A DNA stretch of 58,371 nt, taken from contig CAYNBB010000005.1 in assembly GCA_964395655.1 (NCBI GenBank), forward strand, positions 1-58,371, given 5' to 3'. Position 1 is the first letter of the stretch; each line of letters starts with the position of its first letter. The position numbers and the translations under genes were made by a program. This DNA is from an uncultured Azospirillaceae bacterium (GTDB taxonomy: Bacteria; Pseudomonadota; Alphaproteobacteria; RF32; CAG-239). The notes beneath the pieces are model-generated. The model saw nothing but the letters and a program-made list of their open reading frames with translations, was not told the origin of the DNA and did no database searches. This document shows positions 39,379 to 48,201 of this stretch, piece after piece.

Positions 39379-40089
39379 TTACAGCAATTCATACTTATCC
39401 AACATTTCATTAATTGCTTGAGGCGAGTTAAACATCATTACATCAATGATAGATAGTCCGTTCACAAAATCATTATTAAATTGTCTGTAACAAATTCTGC
39501 TGAAATCTACTTTAATAAAAGACAAGTCTATATTTTTAGAAGAAAACTTATAAGGATCATAGATCGCCATGCCACCAATCGGATTTATATAATGCGTCGC
39601 ATTCAAAATTTGGCACATGTGACTTATTTTATCATCGCCTTTCAAAAAATTGTTTTTGTTAATTTCAGAAGAAACAAGAAGTTCTGTCTTGATATTTAAA
39701 TAATTAGTAATTTTAACAAAACTCGCGAAGATGAACTTTGCAATATTTTCCTCTGGATTAAGCATTACATCTTCAATAATCGGATACACCCGTGCAAAGA
39801 AAGGACTTTTTTTATAATTTGTATAAATCATTTGCAAAAATGAAGCCCTATTTTTGTGTTCTGTACAGATATTAATCTCATTAATTAGTTTATTTTGGCT
39901 TGCCTTTTCTAATGACAAGGTAATCAAACGGGGGGCCCCGTTGCTCAAAATATTATTGCGGTTTATCCACCCTCTGTTTATATAATTCACATCATCATAT
40001 GATACGAAGGTATCAACGGCATTCATCAATTGCCAATAACCGATATAAGGAAACAAATAAGGCTGCATTATTGCAATTTTTTTAGTCAT
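39379..40089 (-). CDS. WbqC family protein (putative glycyl transfer)
   Basis: IAIMQPYLFPYIGYWQL, DDVNY...GWINRN, YINPIGG, LSIIDVMMFN. Confidence 0.93.
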   Translation of the reverse strand: MTKKIAIMQPYLFPYIGYWQLMNAVDTFVSYDDVNYINRGWINRNNILSNGAPRLITLSLEKASQNKLINEINICTEHKNRASFLQMIYTNYKKSPFFARVYPIIEDVMLNPEENIAKFIFASFVKITNYLNIKTELLVSSEINKNNFLKGDDKISHMCQILNATHYINPIGGMAIYDPYKFSSKNIDLSFIKVDFSRICYRQFNNDFVNGLSIIDVMMFNSPQAINEMLDKYELL

Positions 40090-41185
40090 TATTAGTCTGT
40101 CTTTCACACAAAACCGCCGTTTTAACTACAGTGCAGATTCTGCTTATCTCATCGTTACCAAGAGCCGGATACAACGGCAAGCAGGCGATGCGCCGGCTTA
40201 TATCTTCCGAAACGGGACAATCGTATTTCTGCGCCAGATACGGCAGCGTGTTTAAGCTCGGATAAAAATAACGGCGCGGAAAAATATCTTGTTCTTTAAG
40301 CGCCGCAAACACACTCAACAATTCTTGTTCCGATTTAAATACAACCGGATAATAAGCGTAGTTATATTCCAGATCAGGCTGTGGTTTGGGGCGGCGGACG
40401 ATACCGGCCAGCAAAGAATCGTATCTGTCGCTCACGCGTTTGCGCTCGCGGATAATTTCTGCGATATGCGGAAAGTTTGCCAATCCCATGGCGGCATGAA
40501 ATTCCGATTGTTTGCCGTTTATGCCCAACATATAGTGCGTATCGCCGCAATGGCCAAACCGTTTGATCAAATCCAATTTATCCGAAACCGTTTTATCTTT
40601 GGCAATGCAGGCGCCGCCCTCAATAGTATGAAACAGTTTCGTTGCGTGAAACGACAAAGTGGAAACATCGCCATAAGAAACGAGAGCTCTTCCCTTGTAT
40701 TTACTACCAAAAGCATGCGCCGCATCATAAATTACCTTCAGACCGTGCTTGTCGGCAATCCTTTGTATCTCGTCCACGTTGCAGGCATAGCCGAAAACAT
40801 GCACCGGCATAATCGCTTTCGTTTTCGGCGTAATTGCCGCCTCGATTTTGTCGGCTTCAATCGTGAAATTGTCCGGCTCGATATCAACAAACACCGGTTT
40901 GCAACGTTCCCACAGAATTGACGATGTGGTTGCAACATAAGAAAACGGCGTTGTGATGACTTCGCCTTCTTTGATATCCAACGCATTGAGTGCAAATTGA
41001 AGCGCAATGGTTCCATTGGTGACGTAGGCAAAATGCTCAACCTCCAGAAACTTTGTCATTTTCTTTTCCAAAGACTGAACCAGAGCCCCGCCGTTTGTCA
41101 AAACGCCACCGGCAAATATCTCCTGTATATATTTGGAATATTCCTCTATCGGCGGCAAATACGGCTTAGTCACATAGATTGTCAA
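40082..41185 (-). CDS. DegT/DnrJ family sugar aminotransferase (VioA-like)
   Basis: IYVTKPYLPP, NGTIAL, PVHVFG, YDAAHAFG, SFHATK.FHTIEGG, RRYFYP; TTG start. Confidence 0.93.
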   Translation of the reverse strand: MTIYVTKPYLPPIEEYSKYIQEIFAGGVLTNGGALVQSLEKKMTKFLEVEHFAYVTNGTIALQFALNALDIKEGEVITTPFSYVATTSSILWERCKPVFVDIEPDNFTIEADKIEAAITPKTKAIMPVHVFGYACNVDEIQRIADKHGLKVIYDAAHAFGSKYKGRALVSYGDVSTLSFHATKLFHTIEGGACIAKDKTVSDKLDLIKRFGHCGDTHYMLGINGKQSEFHAAMGLANFPHIAEIIRERKRVSDRYDSLLAGIVRRPKPQPDLEYNYAYYPVVFKSEQELLSVFAALKEQDIFPRRYFYPSLNTLPYLAQKYDCPVSEDISRRIACLPLYPALGNDEISRICTVVKTAVLCERQTNND

Positions 41186-41215
41186 CTTTCTTTCTCCGAC
41201 ACGTTACCAAACTAC

Positions 41216-41242
41216 AAAAAAAACCACCCGGTTAAAGGTGGT
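41216..41242 (-). terminator. Intrinsic terminator 30 nt upstream of the aminotransferase start (attenuator)
   Basis: Minus-strand ACCACCU-UUAACC-GGGUGGU followed by U7. Confidence 0.75.
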
Positions 41243-41473
41243 CGGAGAGTTGACAAAGCATATTTAGTGAAATGCTCCCCTTTGGTCTTTAAAGCCTGAA
41301 CTTCTGAACATACACCACGGGCTCCCCGACCATTGAGTTGTCGGGGATATATTACTTTGGCCGAATCATCATAAAATCCGACCGCCGTTAACGACGTCAT
41401 ACCCTACGCCGCACTAAATACAGAGCTTGTCAAGGCTCCGCACCTTTACAGGTACTCGGCAAAATTTTTGCCG
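41216..41473 (-). ncRNA. Candidate structured cis-regulatory leader RNA; family not recognised
   Basis: Five nested long-range helices enclosing at least three hairpins; G-U pairs work only on the minus strand; bounded by a promoter and a terminator. Confidence 0.65.
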
Positions 41474-41480
41474 TGGGTTT

Positions 41481-41509
41481 AAGTTAATTTCATATTCATA
41501 TTATGTCAA
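41481..41509 (-). promoter_or_regulatory. Sigma70-type promoter of the leader/glycan operon
   Basis: TTGACA (41509-41504), 17-nt spacer, TAACTT (41486-41481). Confidence 0.7.
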
Positions 41510-41648
41510 GTTAAATTAAAAGCCGCAAGAAACTTTGTTCTTGTTTTGTTCTCTAATCTTTTTATTTTGGTTGACTATTTGAAAACTTTGCTTTATTCAT
41601 ATTCAAGTATTTAGTGAAATGCTCTTATTGGTTGATTGCTATATATGG

Positions 41649-41677
41649 AAAAGGCCGGACTTGACAACCGGCCTTTT
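41649..41677 (-). terminator. Terminator downstream of the PPIase
   Basis: AAAAGGCCGG-N9-CCGGCCTTTT. Confidence 0.75.
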
Positions 41678-41699
41678 TCCTCTCTTTAAGACAAACGCG

Positions 41700-42293
41700 C
41701 TAAATATCGGCAATTACGCGCAGACTGACAATTTCGTCAGGCTCCGAAACCTCGCCGTTGGCGCCGGTTCCTCTCTTGATTGCGTCAACGTATTCCATAC
41801 CGGAAGTCACCTGCCCCCATACCGTATACTGCCCGTCGAGCCAGCCACAGTCTCCGAAGCAGATGAAAAACTGACTGTCTCCGGAATTAATGTCCATCGC
41901 GCGTGCCATCGAGACCGTTCCGCGTTTGTGCGGCATTTTGTTAAACTCCGCTTTGAGCTTTTTGCCGCTGCCACCGGTACCTGTTCCGTAAGGACATCCG
42001 GTCTGAGCCATAAAACCGTCTATTACGCGGTGAAACTTGAGCCCGTTGTAAAATTCGGCACGAACAAGCTCCTTAATCCGTTCCACATGATTGGGCGCAA
42101 CGTCGGGAAACATCTCAATAACGACGTCGCCGTCCTTGAGCTTGAGCAGCAGCGCGTTTTCGGCATCCTTAACACTGTAATTGTGTTTTATCTTTTTAGA
42201 ACGGGTCTTGCTGACTGCCAGTTTTTTGGTATCGGCAGCCTCAATCCCCTTCGTCGAACTCTTGGCGAGTCTTTTTGTTTTTTCTTCAGACAT
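41700..42293 (-). CDS. Cyclophilin-type peptidyl-prolyl isomerase
   Basis: APNHV, FHRVIDGFMAQTG, RGTVSMAR, SQFFICF, LDGQYTVWG. Confidence 0.96.
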   Translation of the reverse strand: MSEEKTKRLAKSSTKGIEAADTKKLAVSKTRSKKIKHNYSVKDAENALLLKLKDGDVVIEMFPDVAPNHVERIKELVRAEFYNGLKFHRVIDGFMAQTGCPYGTGTGGSGKKLKAEFNKMPHKRGTVSMARAMDINSGDSQFFICFGDCGWLDGQYTVWGQVTSGMEYVDAIKRGTGANGEVSEPDEIVSLRVIADI

Positions 42294-42342
42294 TGTTTTC
42301 TCCCTCTTCTAATCAGTCAGATTTTATATAGGTATTGATTTT

Positions 42343-43308
42343 TCATTTTGCACGCCTGTTCAAAACAAAATCAACCCTTTCTTCCGCCGTCAGTCCGAAC
42401 GGATAATTCTCTTCAATCTCCCGTAAGCGTTTTTTCAGGCCGATGCCGTTGGCAATCTGAATCGCCAAACCGGGTCGAGCGTTCAACTCCAGCATCATCG
42501 GACCGCGACGCGCATCCAACACGATATCGGCTCCGAGGTAACCGAGCCCGGTCATCTCGTAGGCCTGCGCGCCGATTAACAAATGTTCGCGCCAATACGG
42601 GACTTCTATTTTCATCAGATCGGCACCAGTATCCGGCTGAACGGTAATCGGCCTGTCGCGGCAAACGCCGTGCAACGCCCGGCCGGTTGCAATATCCAGC
42701 CCTACGCCGATGGCGCCCTGATGCAGATTGGCGCGCCCGCCCGACGCTCTGGTCGGCAAACGCGTCATTGCCAGAGCCGGAAAGCCTTTGTATACAATAA
42801 CCCGCACATCGGGAACGCCCTGATAGCTGTAATCTTTGAAAATATCCGAAAAATGAACCAGTTCCTCGATAATGGCGGTATCGTATTTGCCGCCGAGGGA
42901 ATAAAGACCGCTCAGGATATTGGAAATATGCTGATAAACCTCGTTATAAGTCAGACGGCGCCCCGAAGCGGTGATGAAAACGCGCTCCCGTTCCCGGTAT
43001 TCTCTGATAACCAAAACGCCCTTTCCGCCGCTGCCCTGCGCCGGCTTAATCACAAACTCAGTCTGTCCGCTGATTATGTCGAGAATGTTTTTGGCCTCAA
43101 ACTGATATTCTATGGTACCGATCAGACGCGGCGTGCTGATACCTGTCTTGTTCGCCAGTTCTTTGGTTTTTACTTTGTCATCTACCAGCGGGTACAGGCA
43201 TCTCCGGTTGCATTTGGAAATAATGTCAAAATTGCGGCGGTTCATACCCAAAACGCCCGCTCGGGCAAGCTCTCGTGGAAAAGCAAACGATTTCAACCAT
43301 GCAAACAT
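42343..43308 (-). CDS. Alpha-L-glutamate ligase-like (RimK-related) ATP-grasp protein
   Basis: GVLGMNRRN, YPLVDDK..TK, FVIKPA.GSGGKG, GVPDVRVIV, GRANLHQGA, ELNARPGL.IQIAN. Confidence 0.92.
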   Translation of the reverse strand: MFAWLKSFAFPRELARAGVLGMNRRNFDIISKCNRRCLYPLVDDKVKTKELANKTGISTPRLIGTIEYQFEAKNILDIISGQTEFVIKPAQGSGGKGVLVIREYRERERVFITASGRRLTYNEVYQHISNILSGLYSLGGKYDTAIIEELVHFSDIFKDYSYQGVPDVRVIVYKGFPALAMTRLPTRASGGRANLHQGAIGVGLDIATGRALHGVCRDRPITVQPDTGADLMKIEVPYWREHLLIGAQAYEMTGLGYLGADIVLDARRGPMMLELNARPGLAIQIANGIGLKKRLREIEENYPFGLTAEERVDFVLNRRAK

Positions 43309-43311
43309 CGG

Positions 43312-44844
43312 CTAACTCTTCACCAACGGACGGAAACGCCTGAGTTCCATCAGACGATACCCGGTATAGGTGCCGAGCAGCATCACGGCAAACAGAACCA
43401 CCAGGTTAAGTTCGTTAAACGCAAACATAATATGGCGGATATACTCGCTGCTGATGACAAAATAGGTTGCAACCGCCACAATCAAACTGAAAAATATCTC
43501 GCGGCCGGCATTCAAGGCGCCGTCTTCTTCCCAGGTAATGGAAGCGCGTTCAATAATCCAAGCCATGATAATTATCGGGAAGAAAACCGCCGACTGGGCA
43601 ATCTTGAAATCCAGCTGATAGCCGACAATGGTCAAAAACTGCATAATCAAAATTACGAAAATAACCACCGCCGAAATTCTCGGAACCAGCAAAAGATTGA
43701 ATTTTGACATGAGAAACCGAATCAAAAGACCCAAAGTCATGATGGTGGCAAAACACAACATTCCCGGCCAGAAACCCGTTTTTACCAAAGACATGGCAAG
43801 CAACATCGGCGTAAACGTTCCCATGGTCTGCAACCCGATAACGTTACGCATCAGAACAATTATCAAAATTGCCAACGGAAAAATCGACAGCCATTTGATT
43901 GTGTTCTGCTGCGCCAGCGGCAGGTTATAAATCGAATATCGGAATCGCTCTTCCTTATTCAGCAGTTTGGCGCGTTTACCGGCAAGATTCATCGAGGAGG
44001 TAATTGACTTGAGCACCGAAAACTTGATAACGGAATTTTCGCCTCCTTCAACGTCAATAAGCGACTGTCCGCCGCGCTGAAACAATACAAAATTGTCCGG
44101 AATTCCTTTTTTACCCGTTTTGATGTCATAAATTTTCCACGAGCCGTTCAGATAAGCTTCTATCATCAGATCGGGAGAAAGGGATTTTTTGCTTTCCTGA
44201 AGCAGGAAACCCCGAGCCGTACGCGACGGAATTTTTTTCAGCGCCAGCAGGTCGGTGATTATCTCGACCATCATTTTCTGCGTGGTTTTTACCGGAAGAT
44301 AGGCCTGAACCGCCGGTTGCAAAGGTTCTTCATTAAGCAGACTGATAATCTGAGTAACGGCGTCTCCTTTCTGTTTTTGAGCCAGACTGAGCAACTGACG
44401 GGCGGCGGCCAGACGCTGTTCGTCGAAGACGGGCGGGGTCGGCACCGCAGGCGCGGCGGAACGGATTTTGCCGCGGCTGTCAATGTTGTCAAACAACAAA
44501 ATTTTATAGTAAACATCCTGCGGCTCTTCACGGGCCGGACTCGTCAAAATTAAACGGGACGCCGTTTTGTTTTTTCTGATTTTATAGCCTTCGGCAACGG
44601 TATTTTCCTCCAGAATCTTAAAACTATCGTTGTTGCGCGGCGTGGTCAGCGAAACCTTTATCGGTTCACCTGTCGGATCAAAAGAAATGTGCGCCTCAAT
44701 ACTCCAGACATCGGCATTCTGTCTGGGCGTAAAATGGAACCCCCAATACTCAACTTTGTAATAAATGCTGTATCCGGCATAAGCCATTGACAAAACTAAG
44801 AAAAGCAAAAGGATTCCGCGAACGGAAGCTATTTTTTTCAACAT
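43312..44844 (-). CDS. Inactive transglutaminase-like domain fused to a 7-TM domain
   Basis: WSIEAHI.F, FSV, YSIYNLP, RNVIGL.T.GTF.P.L, LLLVPRISAV, FFPIII.AWIIER, YTGYRL.ELRRF. Confidence 0.9.
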   Translation of the reverse strand: MLKKIASVRGILLLFLVLSMAYAGYSIYYKVEYWGFHFTPRQNADVWSIEAHISFDPTGEPIKVSLTTPRNNDSFKILEENTVAEGYKIRKNKTASRLILTSPAREEPQDVYYKILLFDNIDSRGKIRSAAPAVPTPPVFDEQRLAAARQLLSLAQKQKGDAVTQIISLLNEEPLQPAVQAYLPVKTTQKMMVEIITDLLALKKIPSRTARGFLLQESKKSLSPDLMIEAYLNGSWKIYDIKTGKKGIPDNFVLFQRGGQSLIDVEGGENSVIKFSVLKSITSSMNLAGKRAKLLNKEERFRYSIYNLPLAQQNTIKWLSIFPLAILIIVLMRNVIGLQTMGTFTPMLLAMSLVKTGFWPGMLCFATIMTLGLLIRFLMSKFNLLLVPRISAVVIFVILIMQFLTIVGYQLDFKIAQSAVFFPIIIMAWIIERASITWEEDGALNAGREIFFSLIVAVATYFVISSEYIRHIMFAFNELNLVVLFAVMLLGTYTGYRLMELRRFRPLVKS

Positions 44845-44856
44845 ACGAAAATATCC

Positions 44857-45366
44857 TCAGCGTAAAGTATGTTCAAGCGAAGGATCAACGATAAAGCGCC
44901 CTTTGAGAATATTGCGCCCGATTAACCCCTGATATTCGAATTTTGAACGGTCTGCCAGCGTAAACTCCGCATTGATCAGCTCATTACCGATTTTGACATC
45001 CATAAAAACGGAGACACGCTGCTCGTTTCCATCAATCCGGCGAATGGTTACCTTACGCTGCACCTTTTTTTCAAAACGGACGCCGTTAATTTCGAAACTA
45101 ACCCATTTTTCGCCGTCCCGCTCAAAACTCCGCTGTTTGGAAACACCTACCGACGACGTCTCGGCGCCGGTATCAATTCTGGCTTCAAAAGGAACGGAAA
45201 GCGGCAGAAAATAGACCGGTTCGACTCCGCCGATAATTTCCAGCGCGGGAGTACTGCACCGTTTAACCTCGACAGCGGGTATCATCGGCGGGCGCGTGTT
45301 GCTTTGGCAGGCGGAAATCATCAGACAAAATCCTCCGCAGAAAAAAGAAAGAAACTTATTGTTCAT
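44857..45366 (-). CDS. RimK-associated aspartyl-type peptidase ('ATP-dependent zinc protease' family), lipoprotein
   Basis: Lipobox ISAC, IGGVE, ARIDTGA.TSS, EFTL.DRS.F.Y..LIGRNIL. Confidence 0.88.
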   Translation of the reverse strand: MNNKFLSFFCGGFCLMISACQSNTRPPMIPAVEVKRCSTPALEIIGGVEPVYFLPLSVPFEARIDTGAETSSVGVSKQRSFERDGEKWVSFEINGVRFEKKVQRKVTIRRIDGNEQRVSVFMDVKIGNELINAEFTLADRSKFEYQGLIGRNILKGRFIVDPSLEHTLR

Positions 45367-45520
45367 AGGCGATACACTATTCATAAGATCATAAAAAACT
45401 TTCTCAATTATCCTCAAAAGGACAAATTTGTAAAGTTAATTTTCACATTAATCATACCTATTTATTGAATTAACTTATTATATATGCTAACATTTTGAAC
45501 GAGAGAATCGGGAGACGAAG

Positions 45521-46849
45521 ATGAGTCAAAATTTAATCGAAAAATTACAGGAAATCTGGAACGTCATTCAACAGGATCCGACAATCCGAAAAGGACAGCG
45601 GCATTGGCGCAAAATTCAAAAAAGCGACGGTTACAAAATTGCCGTTTCGGCGGTTTCCGACATCGGACGAACTCTCGGCAAGGCAAACCGCTATCTTTTG
45701 AAAAAAGGGAAGATATATGCTCTGGTCGCCTTAAACCTGCTGTCTTCGGGTTCTCTTTCCGGAAGTCAGGTTTCCTCAATGAAGAAACACGGAGATAATG
45801 ACGATCCTATTTCGACTCGCAAAGAATTCCGTCTGACGGACGTACAGGCGCATCTGCAGGCGGCGTATTCGGCCGAAGAACTTGAAAACCTGTGCTCCAA
45901 ACTGATCAGTACGGACTCAATCTTTAATCAGCTTTGTGCAGAACGTTCTCAACTGATGGGAGACGAAGTGCTTCGCGTCGCCAACGAAATTCAGTCTCAA
46001 ATCGGCGGCAACAAAGGAAAAAACCGCAGCCAGATTCTGAAACAACGCTGGGGAAAAGACGTTCCGGTCGGACTGCATTGTCTGCGCAGCGCGCTGGAAG
46101 TCATGACCGAAGCGTCTCAAAATACCGACACGCCCGAATTTATAGATACCTTTATACAAAAAATCCGCCAAACCAACCCCAACAGCTATTACGGACTGAA
46201 AGGCACTTTTTCCAAGCACCGTAATTACAAGAGCTCAACCAGAAGCCATAATCTGACGCAGATTATCACGGAAGAGACCAAAGACAATCCGCACGACATT
46301 TTTCTGATTGCTCATAAAAGCAAGGGCAATCATACCGGTTCGGGGTATCACATGGTTCTGTATTACAACGGAATTATTGTCAGTTTTAACGGTGAATGTA
46401 TCGAAACCGCAGCTGAATATTTCAAATACCGCAGTACTCAGGGCGACATAATCAATATCAGCAAGACTGTAAGAGAAGACGGCAAAGCCGGAATTGTCCG
46501 GCAAATAGCAGGCAAGATAAAATCAGACATTGCGGCAGGCAAAGTCGAATCGTTCCAAACACTGCTGGCCATGTATATGGGCGACAAAGACATCCCATTG
46601 CAGAATCGAATACAGCTCGGTTCCGACGCACAACAGATTATGCCGTTGGTTGCCTCGGTTAACCCGCTGGACAACTTCAATCATTTGCGACATGTTCGCG
46701 CCAAGCTGGCAGCCCGCCAGACCGAGGCGGGCAACGTCAACGTTCGGACGACACAAAAGAAAACTGCAATCCGGCCGGCAAACGGTTCTAAGCAGCATTT
46801 TGCTCAAAACCGCCGAGTCAGAGAAGCCAAAGACTCCGTTCATTCTTAG
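45521..46849 (+). CDS. Hypothetical protein, possible papain-fold peptidase domain
   Basis: 442 aa ORF with GGGAG SD; HCLRSA ... GYHMVLY ... SFN. Confidence 0.7.
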   Translation: MSQNLIEKLQEIWNVIQQDPTIRKGQRHWRKIQKSDGYKIAVSAVSDIGRTLGKANRYLLKKGKIYALVALNLLSSGSLSGSQVSSMKKHGDNDDPISTRKEFRLTDVQAHLQAAYSAEELENLCSKLISTDSIFNQLCAERSQLMGDEVLRVANEIQSQIGGNKGKNRSQILKQRWGKDVPVGLHCLRSALEVMTEASQNTDTPEFIDTFIQKIRQTNPNSYYGLKGTFSKHRNYKSSTRSHNLTQIITEETKDNPHDIFLIAHKSKGNHTGSGYHMVLYYNGIIVSFNGECIETAAEYFKYRSTQGDIINISKTVREDGKAGIVRQIAGKIKSDIAAGKVESFQTLLAMYMGDKDIPLQNRIQLGSDAQQIMPLVASVNPLDNFNHLRHVRAKLAARQTEAGNVNVRTTQKKTAIRPANGSKQHFAQNRRVREAKDSVHS

Positions 46850-48096
46850 AAAAAGACCGAAGCGCGCAGACTGACCACCGTGGCATGATCAGACTTGGGA
46901 TTAAGCGCCGGATTAAAGTAAAACTGAACATCCGGAGTAAGTGTCATCCATTTGGAAATTCCCCAAGACCAGTAGGCTTCCAAAATCGTCTCGGCATTAT
47001 GGGCAAGCGGCTCGCCGACGGCCTTTTCGTTGATTTTGTTATAAGCTCCGGCAAAGCCTATCTGATCCAGACTGTTGCGATTGAACGGATCGTTTACGGC
47101 CATACCCAGCACCCAAGACTGGTCTATTTCCGCCTGAGAGCCGGAAACGCCGTTGATACGTCCGAAAACAGAGAATTTTTCTCCCAGATCCTGACTGACG
47201 TTTAAAGACCAGCCGTTGGTCGTCTGCGGTTCTTTTTTGACATTAGGCTGATTATACAGCAAAACCGAATATTGTCCGGCGCCGAGTTTGGCAATGGTCG
47301 GCATATATGACAAAGAAGCAAACGTGGTATAATGCTCTTCATCCAGATGCGAAGTCGAAATACTCTGACCGGTGGTATTGGTGGCATCCTGGGCGCCAAA
47401 AGTAAAATTCCACTCCGCATCGGGCGAAATCGACACATAACCGCCGAGAGAATCTGTCGGATAAGTCGAAGAAGCATTCTGCGACAACGCATAATTGATA
47501 AAATACTGCTGTTGATTGGAGAGATAGGTTGTACCATCAAAATCAGACATCGGGAACTGCCCCAAAGAAACGCTTAACCAATTCCACTTTCCCGGCAACT
47601 GGTAGGTATAAGACAATTCATCAAAGGTATTAATGACAGAAGTATAGTCATTTATCCCGGTTACCGCTCCTATCCGGTTGTTAATGCTTTGCCCCGACGC
47701 TCCGCTGTATTGGACAACCGTATAAGAAGCATTTAAGGTTCCCGTTCCATATTCGTTGTTAAAATTCTGCCAAGTAACCGAAGGTGAAATTATACCTTGA
47801 AATGCCGTTTTTTTGCCGCTCGGAGCTCCGTATTGCGGCATAAAAGACAAATCAAGCGAGAAACCGATGCCGTATTCCTTTTGCATAAGCTCTTTAAAAT
47901 CCGAATATTTCCGCATCAGATCTTCAATTCCGCTGCTGACATTCCTCTGTTCGGAAGCGGCAATCCGCCGGCGAGCGCTTTCAGACTGATAAAGCGGAAA
48001 CGAAACGTCCGAAGTTTCCTGCGCCCGAAGTTCCGGCTGCAGAAAGAGCATCCCTGACAAGATCAGAAAACTGCGGCTGACGATTTTATTTTGCAT
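46846..48096 (-). CDS. Carbohydrate-selective porin (OprB family)
   Basis: Signal peptide, beta-strand pattern, ETILEAYW, LTPDVQF..NPA, terminal Phe. Confidence 0.85.
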   Translation of the reverse strand: MQNKIVSRSFLILSGMLFLQPELRAQETSDVSFPLYQSESARRRIAASEQRNVSSGIEDLMRKYSDFKELMQKEYGIGFSLDLSFMPQYGAPSGKKTAFQGIISPSVTWQNFNNEYGTGTLNASYTVVQYSGASGQSINNRIGAVTGINDYTSVINTFDELSYTYQLPGKWNWLSVSLGQFPMSDFDGTTYLSNQQQYFINYALSQNASSTYPTDSLGGYVSISPDAEWNFTFGAQDATNTTGQSISTSHLDEEHYTTFASLSYMPTIAKLGAGQYSVLLYNQPNVKKEPQTTNGWSLNVSQDLGEKFSVFGRINGVSGSQAEIDQSWVLGMAVNDPFNRNSLDQIGFAGAYNKINEKAVGEPLAHNAETILEAYWSWGISKWMTLTPDVQFYFNPALNPKSDHATVVSLRASVFF

Positions 48097-48201
48097 ATGT
48101 TATCCTTTCGTTTTAATGATTTAGAAAAGATATATATGCCAAATTATCGTTTTAAAGAGCACCCGGAAAAATCTACCGCAAGTTTTGAATATTGTAAAAA
48201 T

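Noticed and set aside
41280-41445. GUGCG and GAGCC words (group II intron-like) and GCGUAGGG (TPP-like) in the leader
   Set aside because: No domain V hairpin and no UGAGA/ACCUGA TPP core; short chance matches
41216-41473. Retron msr-msd or 6S RNA interpretation of the leader
   Set aside because: No reverse transcriptase in the window; multibranched interior and context do not fit the 6S rod
45436-45451. TTAA..TTAA pairs here and at 55424-55440 as CtrA boxes
   Set aside because: Spacer is 8 nt rather than 7, in AT-rich DNA
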